Assembly (NCBI GenBank): GCA_034780895.1
Contig: JAUZTB010000064.1
Location: 59,838,044-59,902,043 of the forward strand
Reading direction: 5' to 3'
Source: Rhynchobatus australiae
Lineage: Eukaryota
DNA length: 64,000 bases
Shown: piece after piece, positions 12,030 to 26,290 of the stretch
How positions within the stretch are numbered: the stretch's first letter is position 1
How the letters are laid out: every line of letters begins with the position of its first letter
Notes under the pieces: model-generated
Seen by the model: the letters and a program-made list of their open reading frames with translations, nothing else
The model's database searches: none
What the model was told of the DNA's origin: nothing
Program-made: the position numbers and the translations under genes

Positions 12030-12215
12030 ACATCCAAACCTTGAAACTTTCCACCTCTTCCACCTTCAAGACATTCTGCAAGTCTTTAACCAATCTGTGC
12101 TAATATCGCAAGTGGCTTAGTGTCAAATTTTGTTTGATAACCTTTCTGTGAAGTAGAGTGCCTTGGAACATATTAACATGTTAAGGTGCTATATTAATAT
12201 ATAAGCTGTTATTGT
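12030..12215 (+). mobile_element. L2-type LINE 3' tail remnant
   Basis: tgtgaag..gccttggaacatattaacatgttaaggtgctatat..ataagctgttattg terminus; similar remnants at about 20520-20750 and 36125-36432. Confidence 0.55.
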
Positions 12216-14171
12216 TTTATCTGGTTCTGGGCTGAAATAAAGTATCTCCTGAGTCACAGTTTACTGTTACTGTTTGAAGGATGTAACTCTGAAGAATTTT
12301 CCAAACACAGGAATAGCATTTGCAGCATTTTGTTTCTGGCAAGTCTGCAAAGAATATTTGATATCATTCCAAAAAACAACTACAAGAACCCCTTAAAAGA
12401 CAAAGATGAGTGAGCAAAGGCACAAAGGCTGCATAGCACAAGATAAAGCTGTCACATGAAACAGATTTTGTATTTATTTTTAGGGGGAAATAAGCCTATG
12501 TTCCTTGTTACTAGTTTCTGGCAGAGGTATTAATTGCTTTTTATTAATAGAATATTAACGTGATTTTATTATGTTTTTTTTTCCAGCAGTTCATAGTTAC
12601 GGTCTCTATAAACTACATTCATTAATAGTGAAATAAAGAGCTTAGCCCTGAAGCAGTGTCCTGTGCTTTGGTGTATACTTTCATATCTCTGATATCCCAC
12701 ATGTTCAATCCAAGAACTCGGTCAGGACACACGTGAAGGTAATGACTGGAGTCAAGCATTGTTCCAAAGGAAGGAGGATGGGATTGAGATAAATCAAAAT
12801 TTTGCCAGCCTCTTGGGCCTAATGGTATTTTGCTTTCTTCATAAATTATTATATTTTCTACTTGTGTTTTGTAAAATTTACGAGCTGGGGATACAAAGAG
12901 AGATCACCTCCTGAACAAGGCAAAGGCAAGCATTGTGGACACACTCTGGCCACTTGCCAGAGCAACGGAATACATCAATGGCTTGGCAGAAATTTGGGGC
13001 TCTCTTTCTGGCTGGTGATCTGGAACCTCTTGCTGGAATATTGCTCTTGGGACTGAGAGAAAATACAAAGAGAAACTTATATTTCAAAACAACCCAAAGA
13101 GCTTTACAGCCAAAGAATTCTCTGCAGAGAATAGTCACTTGTAGGAAAAATAGTGACCAATTGATGAACCCCCAGCCTCCAAGACAAGGAGGCAATAATG
13201 TTGTCATTGACCCTCAGCTGCCACTGACTGGATCTCTTTGCAGTCTCCTCCTTTTGTGAAATTATTTGAAGAGTCCAAAATCTAACATTCTAAGCCATTC
13301 CTTCCATTGCCCTTGTCATTGTACAACTGCTGATGTGACATGTAACCATATTTTCACCATCTTACTGCTAAGTTCTGAGAACTGATTCTTTTTTACATTT
13401 GTAAGACTGCAGAAATACAGGGAATGAAAAATTATGGAGCAACACTAATGAAAAATTATCATTTGTCCTATTAAACTCATTCCTTCCACGGAACCGGACG
13501 TCTTCCCCTAACAAGGAGGTTTCCCACCTAATTATTATGCTGAGAGACCAGTCTGCTTAAAAATCATGATTATTCCAAGCCATCATCAAAATATGCGCCC
13601 ACCCCATATCTTTACTATTTGTCTCCGACTCCAAGATGACATAATGCTACTCTGCAGAACTGCAAAGACAATGCATTCAATCAGCACAGCTTATATCTCC
13701 AGTTCTAATTCCTACAGCTGTTTACTCCTCAGTAACTTTTCAGCTAACTTTTATTTTTCAAACTACCTTCAAAATCATTGGGTAATCTGGTGTTGCATCA
13801 ATGGTCTAATATCACTATCTGTTCCAGCTGATAGGCAACAGCAGCAAATTGTGTTATAACATCCAAACATGAAGTAATGTTTAAGCACAATCGATAGCTC
13901 CACAGGACTGGTATAAAGTCAGAAAAGCAGAGGCTTGAACCTTGATGGAAACATGGTGGATGATCAAGAGAACAACTAAGGAAATTCATCCCACATTAAG
14001 TGACTGTGAACCCCAGTCCAAGATTCACATGTTTATGAAAATTTCAGAGAGACAAAGGCTAGCTGATTCATAAAAGATTCTCTGCACTCACCATGTTTGG
14101 ATCTCCATGGTTATATTCAAGATCGCTCACACCATCTCCAGTTCTCATCCCTTCCTCTGCCAAGCCACATA

Positions 14172-14990
14172 ATAGAGTCATAGAGTTATACAGCTTGGAA
14201 ACAGACCCTTCGGACCAACGCATCCATGTCAACTAAGGTGTCTTCCTGAGCTAATCCCATTTGCCTGAATTTCATGCATATCTCTCTAAACCTATCCTAT
14301 CCATGTAAGTGTCCAAACATCTTTTAAACATTGTAATTATACCTATCTCTACCACTTTCTCTGGCAGCTGGCTGTATATACCCAGCACCTGCTGTGTGAA
14401 AAACTTGCTTCGTAGGTCTCCTTTCAATCTTTCCCCTCTCACCTTAAACCCAAGCCCTTTAGTTTGAAACTACCCTACCCTGAGAAAAAGACTGTAACCA
14501 TCCACCCTATCTATGCCCCTCATGATTTTATAAGCCTCTATAAGGTCAGCCCTCAGCCTCCTTCACTCCAGGGAAAACAGTCCCAGACTATCGAGTCTCT
14601 CTTTATAACTAGCCCTCTAGTCCGAATAACATCATTGTGAACCTTTTCTGAACTGTCTCTAGCTTAAGCACATCCTTTCTATAGTATGATAACTAGAACT
14701 GTACACAATATTCCAGGCACATTCTCACCAACGTCCTATACACCTGCATTATGATGTCCCAACTCTTGTACCCAGTGTTTCATCTGATGAAGGCAAGAGT
14801 GCCATACGCCTTGTTCTTCACCTTGTCTCACTGGCCTGTAGTTCCCTGGCTTGTCCTTGCAGCTCTTCTTAAATAAAGGCACGTTGTTAGCCATCTGGAG
14901 TTTTCCAGTACCTCACCCGTGGCTAAGGAATATATAAAAACTGTTCCAGGGTCCCAGCAATTTCTTCCCTAGCTTCTCACATTGTCCCAC
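14172..14990 (-). mobile_element. CR1 LINE 3' portion
   Basis: Tail atagagtcatagag at the left end, followed by typical CR1 3' UTR and ORF2 C-terminal remnants on the minus strand. Confidence 0.85.
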
Positions 14991-15369
14991 AAACTCTTAG
15001 GAAAAAGAAAAAAATGCAGACCTTAACCACATAATTCTGGCCAAGGAATTGCAACATTTTTTAGAAGCTCTATCTCTAGAATTAAGGTACCCATCAGTCT
15101 GTTTCAGAGAATTTTAAATATTTCATGGAATAATTCAAAGAAACTTAAAATGTTTTGTCGATGCCCAAGCCAATAGCTTCCTTGGAAAACTGGAACTGAT
15201 TGTTCACCTCATTTTTTTTTGTTCTTACATGTCCATTAAGTTAAACACTATGTTACTGTACCCTGATAACGTGGTAAAATGTTATATAAGTGTGTTCATT
15301 TCCTTTTATATCTGTGAAACACTAGTAAGAAGGTTAGAGATTTTTATGAAGGTAACAGCAGAGACATAT

Positions 15370-15945
15370 AAGGTTTAAGAAGGCATATGTCTTCATTAGC
15401 CAGGCCATAGTCTATAAGAACAAGGAAGTTATGGTACAACAACATTGGTTAGGCCCCTGCTGGAGTACTTGGTACCGCACTGTTGAAGGATGAGATTGCA
15501 CCCGGAGGAAGTCCAAAGGAGATTCACCAGTATGTCATCTGGGATGGAGTGTTTCTGCTATGATGAGATGGATGGATAGGCTGGATTTGTCTTCTGCACT
15601 GTAGGAAAGGCTGAGGTTTTCAAAATTATGAAACTATGATAGTGAGGAACATTTCCCCTTAGCAGAGGTGCCTGCAAACAGACAGCATGCACTTTAGGTA
15701 AGGGATAGGAGGTTTAGAAGAGATCTGAAGAAGAATTTTAAAACCTGGAACTCACTACCTGAGGAGTGGTGGAGGCAGGTACTCCCACAACATTTCAAAA
15801 ATTTAGATGAGGGTTTGAAACACCATGGCATAGGAGGCTATGGGCAGAGTACTGAAAAATAGAATTAGTACAGATCGGTACTCAATGGACAGAAAGGACA
15901 AAGTGAACAAAAGGCTTATTTCCTTGCTGTCTGACTCTTTAGCTC
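15370..15945 (+). mobile_element. CR1 LINE 3' portion, degraded
   Basis: TLVRPxLEY-like and RRFTxM remnants; ends in ctgtctgactct. Confidence 0.75.
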
Positions 15946-16599
15946 TACAAATTGCAAAGCAAATCTGCTTCACCTAACGAACAGTTTGGAACTTGCCACT
16001 TTAGCCTGCACATGAGAAGTTGGTCTTTTAACAGCAACCAAAGAGGGAGTGTAGTTATGAAACCAATGCATGTGGAGTTCTGTTTTATAAAACCTCAATC
16101 ATTCTAACAACCTCTAACCTTTCTTTCTTTGAAACTTCAGTTTTTTCACTAATATGGCAACCTTCACTGCAGCATACCTGTGCACACATAAATCGCACTT
16201 AGGTAATGTTGTTTTGGATGCAACACCAGTAGTTAAGGGAATATTTCCTTCTGTTACTATGGAGTTTGTACTGCCTCTTGGCCATTTTTCATCTGACTCT
16301 AGTCTCAACACAATTAGATTCTTCAGTTTGGCCCAACACCTAATTCTCTGCCAAGTAATGCTCCAGGTGCAGAAACTTTCGAAATAAGCTGGCACAGCTA
16401 CAAAGGGAGGCCCCTTTGAAACAGCACAATTGCCGAAACATCCCAGTTAATGACTATTAGTTTTGGCAAGTCTTTCCAGTCAGCACCCTTGCTGTTGTCA
16501 CTGCGTCTTATCATTTTAACAAAAATATCCAGTGATATCAATAATTTTGTCTCACAGCAGTAGTGAATCTCTGGAATTTTCTACCGAGACAGCTTTGGA

Positions 16600-16830
16600 G
16601 GCTACAAACAATCTGCTGGTGGACCTCAGCGGGTCAGGCACCATCTGTGAGAAGAAAGGAATTGTTCATGTTTTGGGTCAAAACCCTGCATCAGGACTGA
16701 GAGAGGAGAGGCGAGATGGCCAGTATAGAGAGGAGAAGGGGAGTGGTGAGAAAGGAGTCCGGAGTGATTGGTGGACTGAGGAGGGGTGTAAGATGACAGG
16801 CAGGTAGGGGAGTTGGGCGAGCGAGTGAGG
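16600..16830 (-). mobile_element. Penelope-type terminal repeat (pLTR) fragment with a decayed hammerhead motif, inserted into a LINE 3' end (16545-17030)
   Basis: Minus strand reads cagtc-ctgatgc-a-gggttttgaccc-aaaac (about 16699-16670); homologous to 51840-52050. Confidence 0.7.
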
Positions 16831-17139
16831 AGGTTAGATCACTGGAGGTCCTCAAAGAGGAAGTAGATAATTTTTTTTTGAAAGATTGGGGAATTGAGGG
16901 CTATTGGGAACTGGCAGAGAGGGGGAGTTGAGGTCTGGGGTAGATCAACCATGATCAAATGGAATGGCAGGACAGGGCTTGGGGGGCCAGGTGGTCTACT
17001 CCTGCTCCTATTTTCATGTGTTTTTTTTATTTCTTTTGAGTTTCACTAATCAGTGGCAACATCCTGACTTCGGTGGAGTCATCCCATTCTAGGCTAACCC
17101 TCCAGAGCAGATTTGCAGGAGTCCATCTCTCAGGAGAGA

Positions 17140-17400
17140 TCTTAAATCCAAGGTTTCAATTTCAATTGAATTCAAATATTCCATGGCACCTTGAACAACA
17201 GCAAGTTTTCCTGTTGCCCAAAATCTACATTTATCCCTCTAGCAACATCACTAAAGCAGATTATTTGGTTGTTATCTCATTGCTTTCACCAAGACCTACT
17301 GCATAAGTAGCCTGCTACAATTTCTTAACTTACAGCAATGACTACATGTCTACTTCCAAAGTACCTTGTTAACTCTAAAGGGATTTGGGATGCCCCTTGG
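17140..17400 (+). mobile_element. DeuSINE (SacSINE1/AmnSINE1-like) remnant
   Basis: Deu-domain-like atttatccctc..caacatcactaaagcagattatttggttgttatctcattgct and tail ...tttgggatg. Further remnants at about 13070-13165 (-), 21855-22030 (+), 27650-27890 (-), 61595-61885 (-). Confidence 0.65.
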
Positions 17401-17439
17401 GATTTGGGGTTGAGATTTGGGATTGAGAATGTCACTTGC

Positions 17440-17870
17440 TACTTATCACTCCATGATTAAACATTGTCTTGGTCTTGCTGCATGCAGGCACGAGCTACTT
17501 CATTTGCTGAGCAGTTGAGAATGGAACTTCTAAGACATATTGATGGAAAGAAAATCACTGATGAAGCAGCTAAAGATAGTTAAGTTTAGGACTCTGTCCT
17601 GAGAAGCTCGTGCAGTGATGTCCTGGGGCTGGGATGATTAACCACTGACAACAACAACCAGCTTCCTTAGTGAGAGGTACGAATCCAATCACTGGAGTAT
17701 TTTTCCTTTAATGCCAGATTTCCTTGTTGGCAGATCTGTTCAAGTGCTGCCTTGATGTCATTAACAGTCACTTTCACATTACCTCTAAAATTCAGTGCTT
17801 TGTTACAGGTTTCAATCAAGGTTTAATGAGGTCTGGAGCCAGGTGGTCTTGGGAAATCCCATACTGCTTA
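17440..17870 (-). mobile_element. Old LINE RT fragment (same family as 4375-5240)
   Basis: Reverse complement encodes a decayed QPQDITA(G)xxQxxVL..IFSCFI segment. Confidence 0.65.
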
Positions 17871-20800
17871 AAGTTCATGGAAAGTAATAAACTTAAGTAG
17901 TATTTTAGTGAATGCTTGCTAAAGGTGTGGAATATATTCCCAAAGAGACTGAACTTTCCAAATTTTCTCTCTACCCAACCATCCTGAAGGCCTGGTCCCT
18001 CACTAGGACAGAGCTCCCTAGAGCAGTCCCCTTATTCCAGAACTCAGCCCAAATCAGCATATACAGATTAAGGCAGATTTTTGGATGAAATTATGTTTGG
18101 GAGCATTAAGAATTCCACTCTGGGCACTGCTCTGTGAACCTAGTAGATTCTAGACGGGCAGCAATGTGTTCAAGGCAGCCCAATATTGGGAAGGGTCCCT
18201 GGTACAACTTCTAGGCCACCTTTTCACATGACATGGTCTCAACTCTGTGTTTCAGATATGAAGCCTATACTTTGCAAAGATCACTTCTGGCACAGTATGT
18301 CCATACATCATCTGTCATTTTGTATGCCTGGACATTCACTTTGTGCCTAAAACCTTTTTCAGCCATTGCTTCTGTTGTATTCCCCCAATCCTTGACATCT
18401 TCCAGAAATTGCTGCAGAGCATTGGCAAGTATGATATAAATGGCTGATTATAGCTATATTTCTCTGGGACATTGCCAATCTCCTGCTTGGAAAACTGCAA
18501 AAATCTCAGGTGTTTTTATTTCATGTAAGTATTCTTTGATGTGTCAATACATGGAAAACTTGAAACTACTCACAAACCTTCTTTAAACCTTCCATAGCAT
18601 TCAGATCTCAGCCCTCAAGACATGTGGGTTTCCTTATTATTGTGCAGAATATTTTCCTTTGGTTCTAACAATTTATGTCAGGAGCCGGAGATAATTATCA
18701 GGTGCGTGTGCTGTAAAATACATCAAAATTGCTCTGCTCATGCTTGATTTCTGCACAGCTCTGATGGGTAGCTCAAAGAGGATCATATTTTCCTTTTTAC
18801 TGTGTCTGACTAACATCTGTGGCACGGAAATTCATCCTTGCACAAGAACACATGCTAAAATGGGTATGTGTGACGGACCTGTGTCAATATCTATCTGAAG
18901 CCACTATGAAGTAATTTTAACAAGTTTAAATAATGTTAAGAGTTGTGCATTTGAGTAGTGTAAATGGCAGGGCAGTAGTAGGAACTACAAATTAGCTGTG
19001 TGTAATTTTGGGAGTTGCACACGAACTTCAAGCTAACTGGCATAATGTGTGACATCATGGCTGGAGCACTAAAATGAGGCTTCTCTACTGGATGCATTAC
19101 TGGATGTAGTGGAGTGATATGGAGTGAAGTGCCATGAGGGGAAGATTCCGGAGGAACTATCCCGCTCCTTTGTCACTGCATTAGATATTATGGTGCTAAA
19201 GGTGGATACTCATGGAAAGGATTGAAACAGTCACAAGGCCCTTTGAATAATGATCAGAAATTTGATCCATTGTTTCATTTGAGCTGAATCCACCAATGTC
19301 ACCTGCACCAAATGAAGAAAGTAGCTCTGTCACACACACAAGCAGACCTGCAATATTCCATCAGTGCCTACTTTTCCATTTGTGGCTCATGCTGTTTCTT
19401 TGATGGAAATTCAAGCTCCTATGTTTCAGCAGTGATGGGTTTGATGATTGATATCAATAGTACAAGCCTGGCTTCCTTCATAGTCACATTATGCTCAGGG
19501 GAGCTTGTGATCCTAAATTATATTACACTGTCTGCACTGCCTAAAGTCCCAGATCCATTCAATGACTGGTTTTAATCTCAGTTCAAATGCGCAGCAGATA
19601 ACCAGCAGATAGCTATGAGGTTTAATTTCTAAACTAAAGAGATATGTTTTACCTTCTGGTGTTGAGAGATCACTGTCATGGATTCCCTATATTATCAGTC
19701 AGGGCCTTGTGCAGTAGAGTTAGCTCTGGGAGGAGATCCAGTTAAATGTTTTGCCTTATGTTGATATCCTTCTCCTGGAATCCTGGCCTTTTGTAGTCCC
19801 CTTGATGTTTTCTCTATTTACAACATCCCCTTTCAGAACAGCAGTCAGTGTTCTTGTTAGTTTTGGGCAGCTTCCTGTCTTGTACCACTGGGGTGGGCTA
19901 AAATGAACAGTTAGATGAAGGATACTCCTGCTGCTGCACAGTAGTGTCATGCTTATAGTGTTAAATAGTAAATTCAACACATGGATTACATCAAACCAAA
20001 TCCCAACTGCCAAGACAAAATGTTCACAAACCTGCACCCTGCACAACCCTACCAGTCAGCTTCTCTTATTTTGCTCTCTAAGAATGTTGACTGAATCTGA
20101 ACGATCATTTACCTGTGCTTATACTTGGCCCTTGAATTTTCATTCACTCCTGCTGTAACTTTGGCAGAAGACTGGTGAAAGAAAGAATGTCAATGGCTAC
20201 CTTAAGCTGCATCTCACTGCCGTTCCGTTATTCTGACAAGCTGCCTCCAAAGATAGTTGAAAACAAACCTGCTTGTAACCTGATGCTCCCATTAGTATCA
20301 AATCTTGGCAGTAGTCTGTGCAGAATGTCTTAGAGAGTGCTCATATCTTCATGGCTGGAGTGCACCTCACACTCATGGAAAAATTAGTCTCTATCAGGAA
20401 CTTTATCAATGTATACAGCATTAAAGACTGCCTCTTGCTGCTCTGTACTCTCGACTGAATCCCACTCATCTCTCTATTGGCCTGAATCCGGCATCCTTGC
20501 CCCTAGCCCCCCTTTACTGGTTGTACCTTCAGCTTTGTGGGTTCCATTGCCTAAAATTCCTTTCCTGCAATTCACCATCTTTCTATGCTCCCTTGCTTTG
20601 TTTTACCATTTCTGAAATGCACACTTTTGATTAAGCTGTTGTTTGCCCATCCTATTCTTTCCTTCCCTGTCTTTAGGTCACACATCCGTGAGGCCAGTTG
20701 GAAGACTATTCCATGTAGAAGGTGCTGCATGATTCCGAGTTGTTGCTATTGCATTCCCTCTTGCGAGCATTGTTTTAGTTATCTTCCACTAACCATGCTT

Positions 20801-23681
20801 TTGATTTTGTCTTGTTTTTCCTGGCAGCCTCCAGGCAGAAGCTATCTTGGCACTCTTTGCTGGTCTTGTGACATGACAGGATGCACTTAATAAAAGCAAT
20901 TCCCTTTTAAGATTAGAAGTGTAGATCTTAATCTCACATTTTCTTTGAAATATTTGGATCTTCCTAGTAACAAAGTTTGATCTGTTCTTTGCTCCATTAT
21001 TCCTTTTTTTCTCTTCTCTCTTTTAACAATGATTTTTTTCCTCTTTTATGATCCATATGTTAGTGGCACACTCTTACAGAACTACCAAGCTTGTCAGTTT
21101 CACAGCATCTTGTAGAAGTTACAAAGGTGCACAGGCACAATTTGCACTGATAACACAATGAGGATATTGAGTTTGTCTTTTGACACGGACAGGACACAAA
21201 AGCAACCAACAAAATGATGTACATGCAGCAACTAGTACAGAATAAAACCGGCTTCATTATTTTCGTTATCTAAGAATGACAAAAATGCATTCTTCCTAAA
21301 CCAACACACTGCAAACTGCAGAAGGTTAGAAAGCTATAAATCCAGATAGAAAAATACAGGGCATTTATGAATATTTCTGGGCACCATTAATATTTTACAA
21401 GAGACTAGCAGAGATACATGATTTTCACATTAAGCATGCACTGAGAAGTTTCCTTACAAATATATCAATTTCATCCCCATATCCTTAATTAACCTCAATT
21501 CAAAACTAGTGAAAAGATAGCTTGTAGCTAACAATGTGCAGATAGTCCTGGAAATTTCCCAAATGTATATGTTTCTTTGCCAGAATTTCCAGACTCTGCA
21601 CTTCCGTTCCTTCTCCTCAAGGGAGGAATGCCAGACATAGAAAGAGTTATGTGGAGACAGACATGATGTAAAGGCTGTTAAAGGATTTTGAATGGATAGA
21701 AATTTAATTTAGTTCACCCCACACTGAGAACTTTAGACGGTGACAATAATTGTCCAAGTTTCCTTTTCAACGATTCCTCTTTGAATGAGACAGTTCCTAA
21801 TTTATCTGATGCAAAATTAGAAAGATGTGATTTTTCCTCTTAGAAGGGCATAAAAATTCCATGAATCTTTTTAAAGATGTCCTGGGCAACACCTTTTTTT
21901 TAACTAACATCACTGAGCAGATTGTTTGGTAACTTTCCACATTACGATAGTGGCTACATTTTAAAAATAATTGATTGTGAAGTACATTGGAACATCATGA
22001 GAGGTATTATATAAATTCAAGCTGTTTCCTTGAAATGATTTTTAGGAATGGAAATAATATTCTGATTACAGAATCTCAGAATTATTAAATATCTGTTCAA
22101 ATAATTGCTCAGAAAATGTTACTAATTCATAAAACCGATTATCAGCTCATTTTTCAACTGATAGGTAATGCAAGCACACCAGTGTACACAAAAGAGACAC
22201 TTTTTGTCAAATATCAGTTCAGAGATTACATGGTGAACATAATGAGATGTTTTTCAGGTTTCTGAGTTGTACACATAGATCATTCTGTGTTTGGCTGGTC
22301 TGTATAAAACAGATCAGGAATACAAATCTTGGCATGTCTTTCAGTGATCCTGAATCCCTATGTCTTTAAAGAAAGACAAAGAGGAACAAAAGGGATCTCA
22401 GGAAGATTCATCCTCACTCCATCTCACCATTCTTTAAAAAAGAGTAGCAGCGCCAGCAAGGGTACAAAAAAAACACAGGGTTGTTATCAGAAATACAAGG
22501 GTTTACTTCACAGGAAAGGATGAATATTATGGGTTTGTTTTCTCTTGAAAGAAAGAGAAATGTCTTTGATAGAGTGGTTAGAGAGTGCTTCAACTTGTGG
22601 GGAAGAGCAAACCTTGAGCAATCAAAACATGATGGTTATTGGAAATCAAACAAGAAATTGAGAAGAGTCTTCTTTACCCAGAAAATAGCGAGGATGCGGA
22701 ACTCATTCCCAAAGGGTGTGGTTGAGGTGAATGGTGTAGATTTGAATGCCAAAACAATGGCCCACAGCAACACTCAGATTGACCTACTGACTCAGACTCC
22801 AAAAGTTCACTGTGAACAATGTCCATGCCCCTCCTTCTGTGACTGTCAGACATGGCAGGAGGGCTGCTGGAAGGGTGGGTATAGGAGTTATGCAGTGGGC
22901 TCATTGAGGTGGGCGGAGAGGGGTTGGAACAGATGATTATGGGTGGGGGTAGGGCCAGGCAGTGACTGTGGGGCGAGCAGATGATGAATGGCTGATTGAT
23001 CAGGTAAAGGATGGGAATGAGGGTCAGTCAGATGATAGAGGGGAGTGATGAACCAAATGGTGGATGGTAGTTGGGTAGATGATGGAGAGAGACATGCTGA
23101 AGATATTGGCAGTAAGTGAGGATTATAGTTGATGTTGAGGGTGGGGTGAGGGGGCTGTTAGTGGAGGTGGGAATGAATACCAGCAATGATTGGGAAGGGA
23201 AAGTTAAAAAGACACCTAACTGGATAATGGTGGCTGCTCGGACTCTCTGGAAGCAGCACAGATTTTGTGGAGCCCTTGAACTAATGCTGAAGCAGACGTC
23301 AATCCTCCACTTAAGAACTTCTTCAATGTTCTTCTGAGTCTCATGTACACTATAAGATCTTATACAAGCAATATAAAAAGAGCATTGAACCGACTCTTGT
23401 GAGAGACAGCCTCCATGCACTAGCACACAGCACCAATGAACTGCTAGTGTTACTTTTAGTCTCTGGTCCTCTCACTAGTTTGGGCATATCTGGTATTGAA
23501 ACATCGGATGCACTTATGCGGAAGCTAGAAGGGAATTGAGTGTTATACCAATCGAGGTAGGATGAGAAGAAACTCATGTAAACCACAGTCTGGCTGGGCC
23601 AAATGGCCTGCTTCTTGCTGCAGGTTAGGGGGCCAGAGGCTCAGAGTGCTCAATAATCAGGAAGCATGTTAAGGATGCATG

Positions 23682-23683
<2 letters not shown>

Positions 23684-23731
<48 letters not shown>
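23684..23731 (+). repeat. (TG)24 microsatellite
   Basis: Perfect dinucleotide run. Confidence 0.98.
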
Positions 23732-23734
<3 letters not shown>

Positions 23735-24079
23735 TTAATGTGCTCCTCTGAAAGTGGTCCTGACATGGCCCTGTTGAGCTGTACATTCCATTGTCATTCT
23801 ACGAATTCTGTCCATGGCTTCCACCCTCTTCATAACGCCTACTGAATTATGTGTAAAGGTATAAATACAACAATCTAGGTAGAGCAAAGTTTGACTAAGG
23901 AGGCCATAATGATACTTTGTTATCTGCTCCACATGGTGACAGAATAACTCCGTTGCAAGTTTCATCCAAAACCATGAAGTTAAAATTTCTTTCAGTTGTT
24001 CAAAGAATTGCTGTATAGACCAGTACATTTTGCTTTTGTTTTCAACTGTCCTGGAATAACAACTTTCTTTTTAATATTT

Positions 24080-26290
24080 GCAACAATCTCATGAGAAGGT
24101 CAACCTAATTTGCCTGGAGAATGGGCATCAGGTTGTGGCACTGAAAAGCAGAAAAAAAGTGCACAAAGGATTGGGAGGGATAGATAGCACTGGAACAAAA
24201 TGTTAGCATGGTGTTAGATGGGGCCAGTGTAAGAGAGAGTACAAGATGATCTCAGATAGGTTTTCTGCACATGGATGTAAATACACTAACTGTATTAAAC
24301 AAGGCTGAACAGATACAGGTGCAATTAGCCACAAAGGATCAAGACATTGGGGATTATAATGGAGATCCAGCTGAAATAGAGGCAGAATGATATCTAAACA
24401 TTCCTGGATGCCAGGTGTTCAGATAGGACAAGGAATAGTAGAAAGGGTGTATTGATTGATGAGGATAATGCAATGCCAGATCGGTCCAGGAATTGACTGC
24501 AATAATCAACTTGGTTAGTGCTAAGAAACAATAAAGGTGTTATTACATTACTGAGAGTATTCCATATGATTCTGGGGAATGAGGCAGGCCAAGCGAAGCA
24601 AATATCAGTGGGGAATATTTAGGAATAGCAAACATACCATTATAGGGTTTAGAATAGTTATTGAAAAGGGTACAAACCAGTCTAAGATGAAAAGAGTTAA
24701 TTGGAGATGGGAATCCAAAAATATTCTGTGGACACGTAGAAAATAAATGAGTGAAGGTGGAGATTTGGGGACAAATCAATGGCGAAATATGGGATCTATT
24801 CTGGGAGGCTGAAGGCATAGCATGAGGTACTGAATGAATACTTTGCACTTGTATTTACTAGGGGAGAAGATGCTGCTGGAATGTCAACAAGGATATAATT
24901 GAGATACTGGAGGGCTAAAATTTAATAAAAGAAATACAAGAAGGTCCAGCTGTACTTAAATAGGATAAACATTTGGTCCATATGGGATCCTTCCTGAGGG
25001 GTATTTGCCACTATCTTTCAAATTTCTGTACAAACTGGGGAGATGCGTAAGAATTAGACAACTGCAAATGCTAAAACTTTGTGCAAAAACATATCAAAGA
25101 TGAACTACAGGCCAGTTAGTTAAAAACATGGTGATGGGAAAACTTCTAAAAACAATAATTAGAGACAGAGCAAGCAATCACTTGGACAAGTGTATACTGA
25201 TTAAGGAAAGCCAGCATTGATTTGTTAAAGGCAAATTTTGTTTAACTAATGATGGAGTTGTTAGATGAGTTAACTGAGAGGGTGGATGAGGGAAATATAC
25301 AGTAAATGGCAGGACCCTTAAGACCATTGTTGTATGGAGGGATCTTGAGGTGCAAGCCCATAGCTCCCTGAAAGTGGCAACACAAGTAGATAGGGTGGTA
25401 AAGAAGACAGATGGCATACTTGCCTTTATCAGTTGGAGCGTTGAGTATTAAACTCAGTAAGTTATGTTGCAGCTGTATAAAACTTTGATCAGGCCACATT
25501 TGGAGTATTGTGTGCACTTCTGATCACCGCATTACAGGAAGGATGTGGAGACTGTGGAGGGGATACAGAAGGGGTTCACCAGGATGCTGCCAGGATTAGA
25601 GACTACTAGGTATAAGGAGAGGGTGGACCAACCTGGGTTGTTTCCTCTGGAGTGTCAGAGGGGTGACCTGATAGAAGTATATAAAATTATGAGAGGCATA
25701 GATAGGGTAGATAGTCAGATTCTTTATTTCCCAGGGTGGAAATGTCAAATACTAGAGGGTATAGCTTTAGTTGAGAGGGCAAGGTTTAAAGAAGATTTAC
25801 AAAGCAGAGTGCTAGGTGCCTGAAACATGATGCTAGGGGAAGTAGTGGAAGCAGACATAACAGCAAAGTTTATGAGGCATTTAGACTGGCACATGAACAG
25901 GCAGGAAATGGCGGAGAAAAGGCCTTATGCAGGAAGATGTGTAATTTAAATTGGCATCATGGCCAGTACAGACTTTGTGGGCCGAAGGGCCTGTTCCTGT
26001 GCTGTTCTCTTCTATGGTCTATGAAATGCAGTTGATGTTGTGCATACGAACTTCTAAAAGGAGCTTGATGAAGTGTCATATACATGCTTGTGATCAAGGT
26101 TGATGGAATAAAAGGGGCAGTAACAACATGGAAAAAAATTGGTAAGTGACAGGAAACAGACTGCAGCAGTAAACAGTTTTTTTCAGACTGGAGGGAAATT
26201 TACAGTGGTGTTCCTTAAGGATTGGTATTGGGACCACTGATAAATATATATTAATGACAATTTCCGTTTTTGCAGATGACACGGGAAGTG
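24080..26290 (+). mobile_element. Old long CR1 LINE remnant (APE endonuclease to RT), interrupted by a younger CR1
   Basis: Endonuclease-start remnant near 24265, LNEYF..VFT, ESQHxFVKG..CLTN, then after the insert AVDVV..(D)F.K.LD.V and FADDT at 26269-26283. Confidence 0.75.
25297..26022 (+). mobile_element. 5'-truncated younger CR1 nested in an older CR1, flanked by GAAAT direct repeats
   Basis: ORF 25545..25823 (FTRMLPGLE...RGDLIEVYKIMRGIDRVD); tail tctatggtctat; gaaat at 25292-25296 and 26023-26027. Confidence 0.85.

Noticed and set aside
22850-23200. G-rich purine-biased tract
   Set aside because: Low-complexity sequence without periodicity or credible coding signal.
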